Shown here: one piece after another, positions 24,351-37,607 of the stretch
How the letters are laid out: every line of letters starts with the position of its first letter
Position numbering within the stretch: the stretch's first letter is position 1
Notes under the pieces: generated by a model
Databases searched by the model: none
Seen by the model: only the letters and a program-made list of their open reading frames with translations
Told to the model about the DNA's origin: nothing
NCBI GenBank assembly: GCA_013265495.1
Contig: MU058844.1
Coordinates: 5,641,260 to 5,705,259, forward strand
DNA length: 64,000 nt
Direction: 5' to 3'
Source: Vicugna vicugna
Lineage: Eukaryota
Translations under genes and position numbers: made by a program

Positions 24351-25329
24351 CTGAATTTCCTGAGGTGGAGAACACAATCAAAGAAACAGTACACTCACAA
24401 ATCTCATCAGGATCAATTCTGTCTTTTAAAAATTGACCCTTCGTCTGGTTTTTGAGTGATTTTCTATGGAAGTCCCATCAGTCCTCCACACATAAGTAGC
24501 ATTACCAGCCAGGGAGTTGGAAAGAGCCTACACTCAGACTTTGGTTCTTAACCCTTCTGCAGCTAACTTGATTCCACAATTTTCCCCTTAAGTAATATTC
24601 ATAGATTCAAATGTAGCATAAATAAAACATCAGCAAGTACGTAGATGGGATAGAATTCTAAACAAAATTTGTTTTAAAAAGTTTCTTTCAATGAAAGTTT
24701 GTATATATGTGTATGTATATATATATATGCATACATATATTTCCTGTCAACTGAAAAATTGCAATATTACTGTGCTTCAGAAGTTGAACTGTATACACCC
24801 CTACTTACCCAGTTTTGTGAGAATAAGCTCTAGGATGCAATTGTCACAATTGTTAAATATTCACAAGCTAATGCCATCATTCTTACATATTGATAACTCA
24901 GAGCTTTTGTGAAGTGTTCAAAAGCCCGGGTCACCTTGTCAGTGGTGAAAATAGAGTATTACTTTGCCTCTCTGTGAATATCGTTTCTGTTCATTTCACT
25001 GGAGTTATATCTTCTGTCAAGTTTTTCATTGTAGATTTAACCTTTCTTTTTTCACCTGGGAAATATTTCCTTTTCTGGAGAAAATGGAAATCTACAATTT
25101 CAATTTGTCTTCATCTGGCTTCTTTACAAGAAAATATTTTAATCCTTGGCTGTTATACTTTTATAAAATGGTGCAAAATTAAAGTTAATCAGAAACATCT
25201 CCATAATTTTAGAAATTGAGTTTTAAAACAATATTAATATTAGAAAAAGATGCAAGTATCATAGTGAATTTTATATATATATATTATTTTAATGAAGTAT
25301 TTATAATTGTTTTTCAGGGAACTATAGTA

Positions 25330-27000
25330 TGTTGAGGGCGCCTAGATCTTTGAAATGAAGGAAAAGGAGGATAAGCAGGATGAAAGCATGGATTGCAAGT
25401 AGCTGAGGAATTTTGTGCAGTGATGTTATCATAGGGTCATATTGTGTTTTAAAAGACTCATTCTCCTAACAGTGCTGTGACTTAGTTGGAAATGAGCAAA
25501 GACGATTGAGAAATTTTGAAATAACTGAAGAAAGAGATTTGGTGACAAGTGTTGCGTTGGGAATGAGATTGTGGACAAAGATATGTAGGAAGCATTACTG
25601 ATAACACTAATGGTTGATTTAATGTTAAGATGGATGGGTGAGAAAGAAGTAGGAGTAAGTGATGGAAGACTCACAGGTGTGTGCCTTAGGCAACAAAGTG
25701 CTTTGTGGTTCCATGTTCTAAGATAGGAAAGATGGAAAGCAGCATGTTTAGGAGTGAAAATGATGAGTTTCCTACTCTTTGATTTCATCTGAACACTATT
25801 CAAATGAGATCACCACTAAGCAGTCAGAAATATGGGCCTGAAAATAAGTCAGGCATAAAGCTAGAAATATTTAACAAGTAAAATCACCATTGCTTCTTAC
25901 CTAGAGTTCTGCAGAAGCCTTCTCCGTGATCTAACACCTGTCTAGATCTCTGACATCATCTCATACTGTACTTACTTTCTGTTCCTAGGGCCAAACTACT
26001 CCAGGTTTCTCTTTGCCTAAGAACATATCAAGCTTTTATCCATCTCAGGGTTTTTGCCCTAGCTGCTCCTCAGTAAAGATCTTCCTCATAGAAGATAGTT
26101 TCTGCCTCTCTTCCTATGCATTTCACCACCTATACTAACTATAGTTTGTTTACTTCATATCATATCACTAGTAATTAGAGAAGTACCTGAACTCAATACC
26201 CATTTGTTGATGAAAGATCTACATCTAGATGCAGGAATAGACAAGATTAACCAGGGAGTATTTCCAGAAAAGTGGGCTCCTGGTAGAACCATGAATAACA
26301 CTGTCTTTTGATAGATAAGCAGGAGTAAATCCTTTGAAAGATTAAAAAGAAGAACACTAAATGAAGTATAAAACCCATAAATAGGAAAAAAAATCTAAGT
26401 TAAAACGTGAATATATATTATAAAACATATTATATGAAAGGAAATGAGAGTTGAAAATGTGTTATCTGGGGAGAGATTTTTGTGTGTTTTACTTATTTTT
26501 ATTTTAAATACAGTACAAGCTAGAGTTTATTAAAATCCTGCCCAGGATGAATTGGTAGAGTGGAGAGAAAAAGACTCTTAAGTTCCAGATGCCTTAACAA
26601 ATGAGAATATAGAAATGATCTTGGGCTTTTGTAATTAGGAAATCACTAGAAACTTTGAGAGGGCAATTTCATTAGCATGATGGACCTGGAAGTCAGTATG
26701 CATAGTTGGGCAAGGAAGGAGCAGGAAATATATGGTGGCCATGGTTGCTGAGTATTTTCCTTAAAGGTTTTAGTCCCATTGCACAAAGCAGAAAAACAGA
26801 TTGAGAGGGAGTACAGTAGGGTAAAATTAAAAACCTTTGGCTCCTTTGGTTTTCTTTTTCAGAACAGGCAAGCCCTGTGAATATTTGCAGGTGGAGGAGA
26901 ATGGATGCAACTGATGAGGCAGGTTGTGCTAGATAGGAAGAGAATAAATTTGGAAGTGAAATTCTAGAATAGGAAAATGATAAAAACAGGGATTTAGGTA
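25330..27000. mobile_element. Cluster of L2 fragments in both orientations
   Basis: Degenerate L2-like segments (about 25330-25860 minus, 25880-26220 plus, 26540-27000 minus). Confidence 0.5.
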
Positions 27001-28328
27001 GAAAATATAGCTTTAATGAGTGTGAACAACACTTTCCCCTCCTTTATGATAAAAGGAAAAAAGATATAAAAGTAGAAATGAAATTTCATGAAATTTGAAT
27101 TAGATATAAGCCAGGGGGGGATGAGACAGGAGGCCCAAGGCAAATTTCACTTACAGTAGGGATTTGACTAGTTCATGGTTAGCGAAGTAAAAGAGCTTCT
27201 GGAAAAGTCTCAGGTACAGTTGAGCTGCATAGTTTTTATTTTTTGTATATTTTTATTTTTTTAGTGAAAATGTGCATGTCAGGCACACTCCTAGATCCCA
27301 GAGTGTACAGTCTTGGTCTCTGTCTACCTGAGTGGAATCAACACTACGTGGTGGGAGATGCTGTTACCAGGAGTTAAGAGCAGAAGAATTATAGTAGAGA
27401 ACTGAGACAGTATTGGGGTGTAGATTGCTTACCTTTTATGCAGTGAACTATAAATAATGGAAGGTGATCCACTTGTTAAAAATTTGGTTTAGAGAGTAAG
27501 ACTGTCTCCAAAATTTAAAAAAAAAAAATGAGTAGGAAATGCCACGGAATCCAGAATTTAAAATTCCTTCATGGGAAAATAGAGAAAAACATTCAATCCC
27601 CAAAGAAAGGTAAACCCTGAGTGCTAGAATTTTCATAGTTGAAATGAACATGCCAAAGACAGGTGATAAAGGTGAAAAACAATGCTTTTTTAAAATAACC
27701 AGCTCATTATCTCATAATAACTAAACACTTTAAATATTAAGTTAGTAATACCTAGTTTCTTTTTAGCATCCAGTCCCTCCCCACCCACCATTCTCCCCCC
27801 ATACAGACACTTGAAAACCCCATTCAAATCAGTGAAAATTGAAGTGATCACATTTATAACTAAGATCATTTTCAGTCTTTACCCAAAGTAAAAATTAAAT
27901 ATTCAAATAATAAGAGCTCGACAGTTTGTCATAAATATCTTGTTTACATAAATATCTAGTACAACTAAGAGTTGCACTAATGTTTAGAACATTTTCAAAC
28001 ATGCTCTTCTTCTTGGCCCATATGTATAGATCTCTAACCTGTATCCAACTAATTTTCTCGTCTTTTCTTGTATGTTAGATTACACACCAACTAGCTTTCA
28101 TTAATTGCTTGAAGATTAGTCCAGGCTTTTTAAAACCATTAATAAGTTGCCAGTTATGATCTGAAAGTTCTGAAGTCTCAGCTTAAAATAACAGTCACTT
28201 ATTTTACCTTTCTGTCTTCCCAGGGATAACAGATAACTCACAGCAGCTATTTTACTTTTTTTTCTGTCAGAAAGCTGTACCTACATGATTAAAGTGGCAC
28301 TTCAAGCTCTGTTATCAATTCTCCCAAT

Positions 28329-28479
28329 TTAGGTCAAATAGAATGGAGCAGCAGTCTTTGCGGAAAACAATATGAACAGTATCAACTGTTACTAATTTAA
28401 AAAATTAGGTCAAATAGAATGGAGCAGCAGTCTTTGCAGAAAACAATATGAACAATATCAACTGTTATTAATTTAAAAA
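28329..28479. repeat. 76-bp tandem duplication
   Basis: ttaggtcaaatagaatggagcagcagtctttgc...aatttaaaaa occurs twice, with 3 substitutions. Confidence 0.97.
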
Positions 28480-28982
28480 TATCATATGTACCTATGACAG
28501 CTTCTTCCAAAATTATCCAAAATTAATTATGTCTAGACAATCGCTTGTAATCACATGTCCCAAAATCCATGTGTTACTTTGTGTTCCTTGAATTGTTGGG
28601 TAAATTAGGCCCCAGGGAAAATCAGTGTTTGCCAAGTGGACGAGCTCTCCTGATGTCTACTGAAACAGGAATCATAGGAGTTTGTTTTTTTTTTTTTAAT
28701 AATAGACTTTTAAAAATTATGAATGTTCATGTCTTTACAAAAGAAAATTACCAAAATTCAACCTCTTTGCAATAATTTAAAATAATTGTTACTATTTTAT
28801 GTCTAATATATATATCTAAAATATCCTTTTATGTTATATATTTTTATATAGTATAAAGTCTACTAAAGTATAAAATACAATTATATATTTATACTTTATA
28901 TACCATAAAGTATATTTTTTAAAAGTGTTTTTCTTTAAAATAGTTTAATTTTGTTACAAGATGGAATTATTTTTGCTAAAAT

Positions 28983-31130
28983 GTATCTTGATGGTCAGGG
29001 TTATTAATGCTAAATTATGCAACAACAACAAAAATTGACAAGTCTCAGTGCTTAATGCAATTAAAGTTTATATGTTGCTTATCCCTTCCTGAATGGTTTT
29101 CCTATAAACAGACTTTTACTATCTTTTTTTTGTTTTGTCTAGAACTCTTTTCTAACTATGAAATTGCATTTTCTTTTTTTTTTCTTTTCCTTTTTTTGGG
29201 GAGGTAGATAATTAAGTTTATTTACGTACTTATTTTAATTTTTTTTTTAATGGAGGTACTGGGGATTGAACCCAGGACGTCATGAATGCTAAGCATGCAC
29301 TCTACCATTCAGCTTTACCTTACCCTCTCCTACCATCTTCTGATGCCTCAATCTTCATCTGAAAGTGAGTGAGTGTGGAAGATCAGGCAGGAGGTTTAGT
29401 CATATGATGCCAAATTAATTGAAGTGAGGACTGAACAGTAGCTTTAAAAGTAGCTCTAGCTATGCATCCAGGAGAAGATGAAAACAATTTGATAAGCATT
29501 TAATAGTATCTTTTTTACAACCTACCCTTCTGATCACCAAATAGTCCTCCAAATATTCCTTCCATACTATCTCCCATATTCTCTACTTCTCAGTATTAAT
29601 AACCCCAAATCCCATCCAGTCACATCATCTGCTGTATGTTCTGAGATCTTTGAAAGATGACAGTTATCTTCATCAGGCCCATGTATAAAACCATATTCTT
29701 GGTTCTGAAACCTGGAGATTAAAAGTCATAGTTTCTGCCTTCTATCCTCCAGATATACCTCCTAACAGACAGAGGTAAGATGATTTCAACAACTCTCATT
29801 TGGAAAATGGGAGAACAGAAAGAAGGTACACAGAAGCCATTGATCTCTGGCACTTACAGAGTATGGCTAGGCAGATACTGTAAAGTTCCACTTCCTGGAG
29901 AAAAAAGAAAGACCCTCAATGAGGCCTGATTATCTTCCCTCAGAAGGACTTCTGTGCTAAGAAAACCAAATTCAGGGAAGGTTATTTCTTCTTATCCTTC
30001 GTGGTCAAATATAAAGTGGTATTGAAGACTGTGTCTCTCTCGGCTGCCCCATGTGCTCATGGAAATATGGGTGTCTAATGGTTGTTTAAAGGATTGCAAA
30101 GTCAAAAACTTTAAAATATGGACTTGTGGCTATTTGACAATATAATTATTTTAAAAACTTGGAAAACTATTTGCTTCCAGCCAGTTTCATGTAAAGGAAA
30201 CCAAAACTACAAGACTTTGTTCTCAAATACGTTTCATTTCTTTGCTGTTTTGCTGTCGTTCCTCTCTCTGTCTCAACTTAGAGTCAGATGATCTTGAGCC
30301 TGTCAGGCTTGAGTTGGCAGAGCATGTCCTTCATTTGATCTTTGATGAAAATCTGAGTCACTCTGTGCAGCTGAGAAAGCTCACTGTGTCTTGGTTCTTC
30401 AGAGTCTTTCAAATACCATCTCTTATTTTTCTAAACTTTCTATTCCCTTTCCATTCTATGTTAAACCTGCCGATTATTTTCTGAGCTCATCTCTTTCTTG
30501 TAATACTTTGCTGAAACCACCAAAAATAAAAAATACATACTACTAACACCCATTATCCAAGCATCTCTAGAATTACAACTTCAGAGAGCTTTGGACTTCC
30601 TTCTAAGCTACCATAGGACATTTTTTAAATGTCTTTTCATTGTAATCACCAACTGACCAACCTGTTTTATTCTCCTGAATAGAGCTACTCACTAGTAAGC
30701 TAATACCACATACACTAATTTGTGTTATATCAGCTTTTCACTTCAAGATGCTGATTTTTGTATGTCAGTGTAATTAGTGCTAGCTCCTGCAGTAAGTAAT
30801 CTCCAACCCTTTGTGTTATTCTCACTCATACAAAGTCCAGTGTGAATGTTTCTGATTGCACAGCCTTCCTGAGAAGTTCTCATACGAAAAGCGATTTAGA
30901 GATTCAGCATCCTTGCACTTAGTAGCCCCGTTATCTTTAAACATAACCTACAGTGACTCTTTTTAAGGAGGAAAAAAAAAAAAAACTGGAGAAGTTGCTA
31001 AGAGTGTTTGTAGGTGGAGGTGGAAGCTCACATATCATTTTCCAGTCATATAATCTCAGTGTAAATGCAAAGAAGGCTATGGAATATAGGTTAGCTATGA
31101 GCCCAGAAAACAAGTTTCTTAACAGTAAAT
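28983..31130 (-). mobile_element. MaLR provirus: two MLT1(I/J/K-like) LTRs flanking an internal segment
   Basis: LTR-like segments at about 28983-29519 and 30760-31130. The internal segment starts (minus strand) AAAATCAGCATCTTGAAGTG...TATGTGGTATTAGCTTA, as in MLT1-int, and has a purine-rich end next to the other LTR. Confidence 0.65.
29170..29330 (-). mobile_element. tRNA-derived SINE (Vic-1-like) inserted in the MaLR LTR
   Basis: ggaggtactggggattgaacccaggac...gctaagcatgcactctacca...accctctcc is the reverse complement of the 21610 element type. Confidence 0.9.
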
Positions 31131-31699
31131 ATCTCAAATAAAAAACATAATAAAGCAAAATAAAACTTGGTTAACCTAGTAGAAAATATTCCTGCTTATT
31201 TTATTTCATTTTTCTCTAATTTAACTTCCTTTGAAAAAATTCACTTTCCACTTGAAAAACTCTCACGAGTGGTCAGTTTATAAGGTGTTTATGCCTGATA
31301 AATATTCATTTTGCTGCCACATTTTTAAATGTGATGCTTCTTCAAATAAAGAATTTTGACCCATTCCAGTTCTTGTTTCCCAAACAAGTACAAGTACGTG
31401 CCAATTTTGAAACACATTTTCATGGAAAGCTTAATGTGGAAACAGTGCATGGCCACTTACCGCTAAAGATGGAGGTTTGATTAGGGCATCTCTGATGTTC
31501 TTTTTACTGCTAACGCTTTATCAAATGTGACGCCGTTGAATTTAAGCAAAAGTCATGCTAGGCTAGCGTTTTAATATGTAAAAAACTTCTCACTCTGTCT
31601 CCAGCTCACTAAATGTAGTAATCGAGACTTGTTTTCTGATATTTTGAAAGAACAAAAATTTGATGCAGGAATTAAAGTGAAAAGGCTTTTAAGGTAATT

Positions 31700-32300
31700 T
31701 TGTCCTGATTCATAAACTGTGCTCATTATAGAAAAAGTGAGAAATAAAAATAAGAATAAAAAAAAAATTCCAAAGAACTTATCACCCCCAAATAGGTAAG
31801 TTCTTTCTGGTTTGTTGTTTCTTCTATGTGTGTTTTATTATAAACGTGATTTTCTAAATTTACAGTTTTCCATTTCAATTAAGTAATTCCACTACATTAA
31901 ATAGTTATAAATACATGATTTAAATGCTTACGTAATATTTCATCATATATATGTCACATTATTTACTTACTCAATCTTCTGTTAGATATTTAGGCTATTT
32001 GTAATTTTTTTATGGATATGACTGTATCTATAAAAAATCTCGATACATAAATCTGTATGTTCATTTCTGAAGAATTTAGGATATATGAGTGTTTTTGAGC
32101 TCAAATCATAAAATTATATCCTCTGAATCAATATATCGATTTACACTTCTTCCAACAATGTTCTAGTGCTTTTTCCATCATTCTTGTTTCAATAATTATC
32201 ATTGTAACTTTCTATATTTTTCAATTTGATAGTTGGATGGTTTTTTAAATGGTTATTTGAGTTCCTGTGATGTTGGATATTTTGTATGTTATCTGTATTC
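31700..32300 (-). mobile_element. Highly decayed L1ME 3' remnant
   Basis: Antisense 3' UTR-like motifs (gttagatatttaggctattt, atttacacttcttccaacaatg). Confidence 0.5.
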
Positions 32301-33204
32301 TGTGTGTAGATGTGTTGTTTAAAGGCACAATTCTACACACTGGAGATGCAGCGGTAAACAAGACAGACAAGATCTGTGCCTATTAAAGCTTACACTTAGC
32401 AGGGTAAATGACAGTCAATACATACCAGAAAAGCTCTTTTAACATACCTCCACATAAATGACTCTCCAAATTAATTCAACACCTTTATTCCTTCAGCAAA
32501 ACATAGCAACGTCTACCTTTAGGAGGCTGAACACTTGTGGTGAAGATACTAGCATCTGGCAGGAAAGTTCATTTCTGCTGCCATAACGTGGGTTATGTGC
32601 CTACCAAGACTCAAATGAGTGTGTTCACAAATTTGTTGTGATCTCAGGATTCCCTGATTAAGTTTTTCTTCCACCTAAAATTAAAACAAACTGGCAGTTA
32701 CAGTATATTCACAATGTATGTTTTTAGTTGTTAGAGACTGCATAGAGTTCTAATCAGCAGACTATTCCCTAAAAAATAAAGCTTTAGTTATAAACTGAAG
32801 GGGAAAAAAAAAACTATAATGTAGATTTAGATGGTTTATGTCAAACAGATGCCTAATACATGCATATATGATTATTCAGGGTTTTCTGTCTCTTTCTACT
32901 GATTATTTTTAATTAATCAAAGTGTTTGATAATGAGAAGGTTTCTATTATAATAAAATGATCATAAGCATGAGAGATAAGAAAGAATGATGACATGGTTT
33001 CCCCTGGAAACTATGATTTGTTTTCTGGTATGATTTTTGGCAGTTTTCCCCAGACTAGTTTAAATTTCAGCCTCTAATGAATAGGGAGATCGTAGGCCAG
33101 AATTTAGAAATGGATGAAATCCCTGTTGTTTAAAGAAGTGCCTCTAGAGAAGGTCTGCAAGGACAACGTTGTTTTTTATCTTCTCCAAGTTAAGAGAAGT
33201 AGCT

Positions 33205-33300
33205 GTGTGTGTACACACACACACAGATATATATATATAAAAGAAGTAGATAGATAGATACATACATACATATATACATACATACATACACATGTAGATA
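33205..33300. repeat. Compound microsatellite (TG)(CA)(TA)(GATA)(CATA)
   Basis: Seen directly. Confidence 0.9.
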
Positions 33301-34819
33301 TCAGGAAACTAATAGACACTTTTAACTATTATTATTTATCTGTCTCTTCTATGTTTTGAAGTTTTTATAGAGAACAATGTATTATATAATTATTGATTGG
33401 TTTTCCAAGTCAATATAAGATATTTGTATGTACCTATGTTATATTTTACTCCATTCAGGTAAACAATTTTTGGGCCCTTTAGTCACTGCATTTTGCTTGG
33501 ATGATACAAATACATTTATGTTTGAGCTCATTTAAAAGAACTTTGGGTTTACCTTTAATTCAACCGTATAGTTCAATGCAACATGTGATGTTTGTTATAG
33601 TGGATTCAGTAGGTGCAGGCAGGATCAAATTGAAAACATTTTGAAGCAGCAGTGCCTTAGCACAAAGTGTTGAACATGCCCTGAATTCTATACAGTGATA
33701 TACTGTATCTCTACAGAACTGTCAGGTTGAAGAAAAGGAGTATTGCAACAGTTATAAACATATCACACACAGACATTTATTCAGACAAATAGAGATGTAG
33801 CCAGGTGTCATATTAAAGCTCAACTATTTATGCTTTTGGCAGATAGTTGAAAACAGAATGCATTTGTAGCTCAGAGCTTCAAAAATTTAAAAACAACCAA
33901 TAGTACATTACCAAGGATCAGTGTATCAGGATTAGCACAAGCTTGTGAAATACCAATAGTGCTCATTATTTTTTATTTCATATGTTATCATTATTCATAA
34001 AAGCTGAAGCAGCGAAGACAAAACTAAGCTTGTTTCATTGTGAAGGTTTTTTTTAAAATTTTTTTTAAATTTTCTAATTTTTCTGTCTTTTTTCTTGTAG
34101 GAAATCCTAATCAGTTTTTTTTTTTAACTACCATATTTGTATAGTGTGTTTCAGAGAAGGAAGAATAAAGATTTCTAAAGAGGATAGTGTAAATTGACTA
34201 TGTATATTTATATTTATATATAAAATCACTGTAGCATATCCACATACATATGAGAACTATGAGAAACACAGAAATGAACTGCACAATAGTGTCAGTTTTC
34301 TGCCTAGAATGGCTTTCTTGATCAAGACTGAGGACAGGAAGATGGAGTCCAAGTAAAGTCTGGTGACCTCACCTTGCTGAAGAGGCAGATAAGACTTTGA
34401 CCAAGATAATGTGGTTGGACTGGTTGTGCAGGGTACAGAAACAAAAAGCTCCAGGACTTTGCCTAGGGGTCCTATTATGTCTTTTGCCAAAGACTGAGCT
34501 GTACCTGCCCCAGGTCATATTCTGCAAAGTTTTGCCCAGGAGAAAAAAAAAAAAAAGAGCAGCTGGAGAATACATCAAGTATAACAAAGCAGATTTCATC
34601 TGAACACCCCAGTCATTTCTTTGAGAATCTAGAGAAGACATAAAATCCAGAAAAGCTTTTGTAGAAGGGCTCCTATTCTAGAATAAAGTTTACTCACTCT
34701 AGAACACATGTTGCTTATTCTAAAATTGCATTTTAAAAAGCTGAAAAATAAGATGCATCACGGTGATGCATCAGTAGAGTAACTGCTTGTCAGAACAACA
34801 CTCAGTACTTTAAACGAAC

Positions 34820-35591
34820 ACAAAAAAACCCCAGATTTTCAACAATACAGTATGCACAATGAACAACACACTATGAATACTAGATATCTGAAGAAACAGG
34901 AAAATGTAATTCAAAACTAAACAAGAAAAACAATCATTAGAAACAAACAGAGATGACAGGTCAAATTAGCTGCTTCAGTGTCTTAGCTTGCTGTTATAAA
35001 TGAGAATGTAGAGAAAACTCTAAATATAGTAATTTAATACAAGGGAAATTTGAGTAGAAAAATGGTAACTATAAAAAAAACTGAATAAAAATTCTAGAAC
35101 TTAAAACTACAATATATCCAAAAAAAAAAAATCAAGCACTAGGTGGACTTAACAGAAAACTGGACATTATAAAATACATGATCAGCCATCTGGAAGATAA
35201 GAAGATAGAAATCATTAAAACCGATACACACAGAAAATAAATTTTAAAAAATTTAAGAGATACTCAGTGACCTCTGGGACAATATCAAGCAGACTAATAA
35301 AGGTGTCACTGGAATTCTAGAAAGGGGAGGAACATGTATGAGGCAAATAAATAAATAGTGGCTGAGCATGTTTTTAATTTGAGAAAATATATTAATCTGT
35401 ACATTAAAGAATCACAACAAACCCTGAGCAAGATAAAGTAAAAAAAAAAAAAGGCACACATCAACTCAGTAGAGTCAACCTTCTAAAAGCCAAATGTAAA
35501 GAAAATTTTAAAGGCAGACGGATGAGGAAAATACACTTTCTACTTGGGGAACGATAATATCTAGGCCTCATACCTTTCACCCCTAAATAAA

Positions 35592-35623
<32 letters not shown>

Positions 35624-36830
35624 TACAATGGAATAACATCATCAAGGCTAAAGAAAAATAAATATTGAAATAGATTTCAAAGTCCACAAATGTGTCCTTC
35701 AAGTATCATCCAAAACAAAGGCAACATAAAGATATTTGCTCATGAACGAAAGCTCAGAGAATCTACCACCAGCAATTGTACACCATATGAATGTTGGAGC
35801 AGGTTAGTTAGGCTAAATGATAATGATACCAGGTGGAAATCAGATCCTACACCAAAAAGCAAAACAAACAAACAAACAACAGAGAAAGAAAGAAAGGGCC
35901 TAAATAATGTAAATATGTGGCAAATATAAAAGTCTTTTTAATTCTTTCAGTCTTTCAATAAAAAGTTGCTTATCAGTAAAAGAATTTTTCTAACCCATTT
36001 TTGTATTTCCTCAAAAGATAATTGATTGTATGAAATAATGATAATCTGTGAGATATTATTGATAGATGATAGATAGATAGATAGGTAGGTAGATAGATAG
36101 AAGGGTTGGGAGGGAGGGAATGAAATGTATGACAATAATCACATGAAGGACTAGAAGGGAAGTTGAAATATACCAATGTAAGTTCCTTAAATTGTGCATA
36201 AAATAGCCTTCAGGATAGACTACTGCTTTAAATAGAGGATGCATATTGTAATTCATATAGAAACCACAAAAAGCATGGAAAGGCAGAAAGAATAAAACAA
36301 AAGACAGAACAAAATGTAATAATAAAATGTAGTCAACCCAAATGAAGGCAAGAAAGGACAAAAAAATGATGGGACAAACAAAAAATAAATAGTATAATAA
36401 TGGATAGAAAACTGTGTGAATAATTATCTTCAATGTAAATGAACAAAATAATCTAATTAAAAACAAAGATTGCCATAGTAGTTAAACAAAGAATGACCCA
36501 ATTATAAGCTGTTTCTAAGAGGCACACACTAAACATAAAGGCATAGAAAAGTTAAAAGTTATAATGGGGGAAATGACGTATTTTGTAAACAAACTGTAAG
36601 GAAGCTTGAGTGGGTTTAATAATTTCAGACAAGGCTAACTTCACAATTACTTTATTATAACTCTACCATAAAGAGTATTAACAAAGATTTGCTGAATGTC
36701 ATTTCACCATGATAAAGGGTCAGTGTATCAAAAAGGCTAAGAAAACCCAAATGTTTAAACTAGTAACAGAGGTTCAAAATATTAGTAGTAATAGATAAAA
36801 TAACAAGAGAGAAATAGACAAATTTATGTA
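34820..36830 (+). mobile_element. Ancient L1 ORF1 plus ORF2 endonuclease remnant
   Basis: gacctctgggacaatatcaag is an ORF1 motif, and ORF 35690..35929 has NKGNIKIFAHERKLRE (ORF1p C-terminus). gacccaattataagctgt...gaggcacac matches the EN motif DPxxxCLxETH. Contains (TAAG)n at about 35590 and (GATA)n at about 36060. Confidence 0.75.
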
Positions 36831-37176
36831 ACAAAATATAACAGCCATAAATCAGAAAAAAGGCTCTAAATATTTTTATATAGGAACATTTTTGAAAGGA
36901 TATACAAGAATCTGTTAGTAAAGCTGTTTTTCTGGAATGGAGGCATGGGTCCTAAATAGAATGGAGTTTTAATTCTCATCATATATTAATTTCATATTTT
37001 TCAAATATTTTATAATATACAGATTTTATAATACAAACATTGTGAAAAAAAAGTCATTCCTTCTAAAAAAAAAAAAACAAAAAAAACCTCATTTTATATA
37101 GCCTGAACCATGCTTTTTGTTTCCTTTAGCAATAGTAGTTTCAGCTGACACTTACTAGAGAATACTTAAGTGCCAG

Positions 37177-37607
37177 TGTAATTCTCTCTTATTGCCGTCT
37201 GGGTTGAAAGCTTTCCTCTCAAATTACCACAAACTTAGTGGCCTAAAACAACACAAATTTAATACTTTATAGTTCTGGATGGCTGAAGTTTAAATGGGGT
37301 CAGTATAGCTGTTTTTCTTTTGGAGATTCTCGGGGAGAATCTTTGTCTTTCCCAGCTTCCAGAAGTTGCCTCATTGTATGGCTAATGGCCCTACTTACTT
37401 CAACCTCTGCTTCCACCTGACCCTGACCCTTGTCCATTCCTCTTCTCAGCACCTTTGTTATTGCCTTGGGCCAACCAAGATAAGTCAGAATAATCTTTCC
37501 ATTTCAAGAACCTTTATTTAAATCACATTTGCAAAGTTCCTTTTGCCAAGTAAGTTTCCAGCAGTTAGGACAGAGATGTCTCTGGGGGCCGTTTCCTGAC
37601 CTTTACA
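37177..37607 (-). mobile_element. MaLR solo LTR (MLT1C/D-like) inserted in a MIR
   Basis: aaattaccacaaacttagtggcctaaaacaacacaaattta...aatcacatttgcaaagttccttttgcca. MIR pieces lie at about 37130-37176 and 37608-37815. Confidence 0.8.

Noticed and set aside
25429..25803. 124-aa minus-strand ORF
   Set aside because: Lies inside an L2 remnant and has no host-gene or splice support.
28329..28479. CRISPR-like repeat
   Set aside because: Two adjacent copies without spacers, in eukaryotic DNA with no cas genes.
34752..34772. Inverted repeat GATGCATCAC-G-GTGATGCATC
   Set aside because: Explained by a short duplication of a palindromic 8-mer, and 10-bp arms are near chance expectation in 64 kb.
36056..36466. 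Longest ORF (136 aa, minus strand)
   Set aside because: Antisense to an A-rich L1 remnant and a (GATA)n repeat. Low complexity, with no homology recognised.
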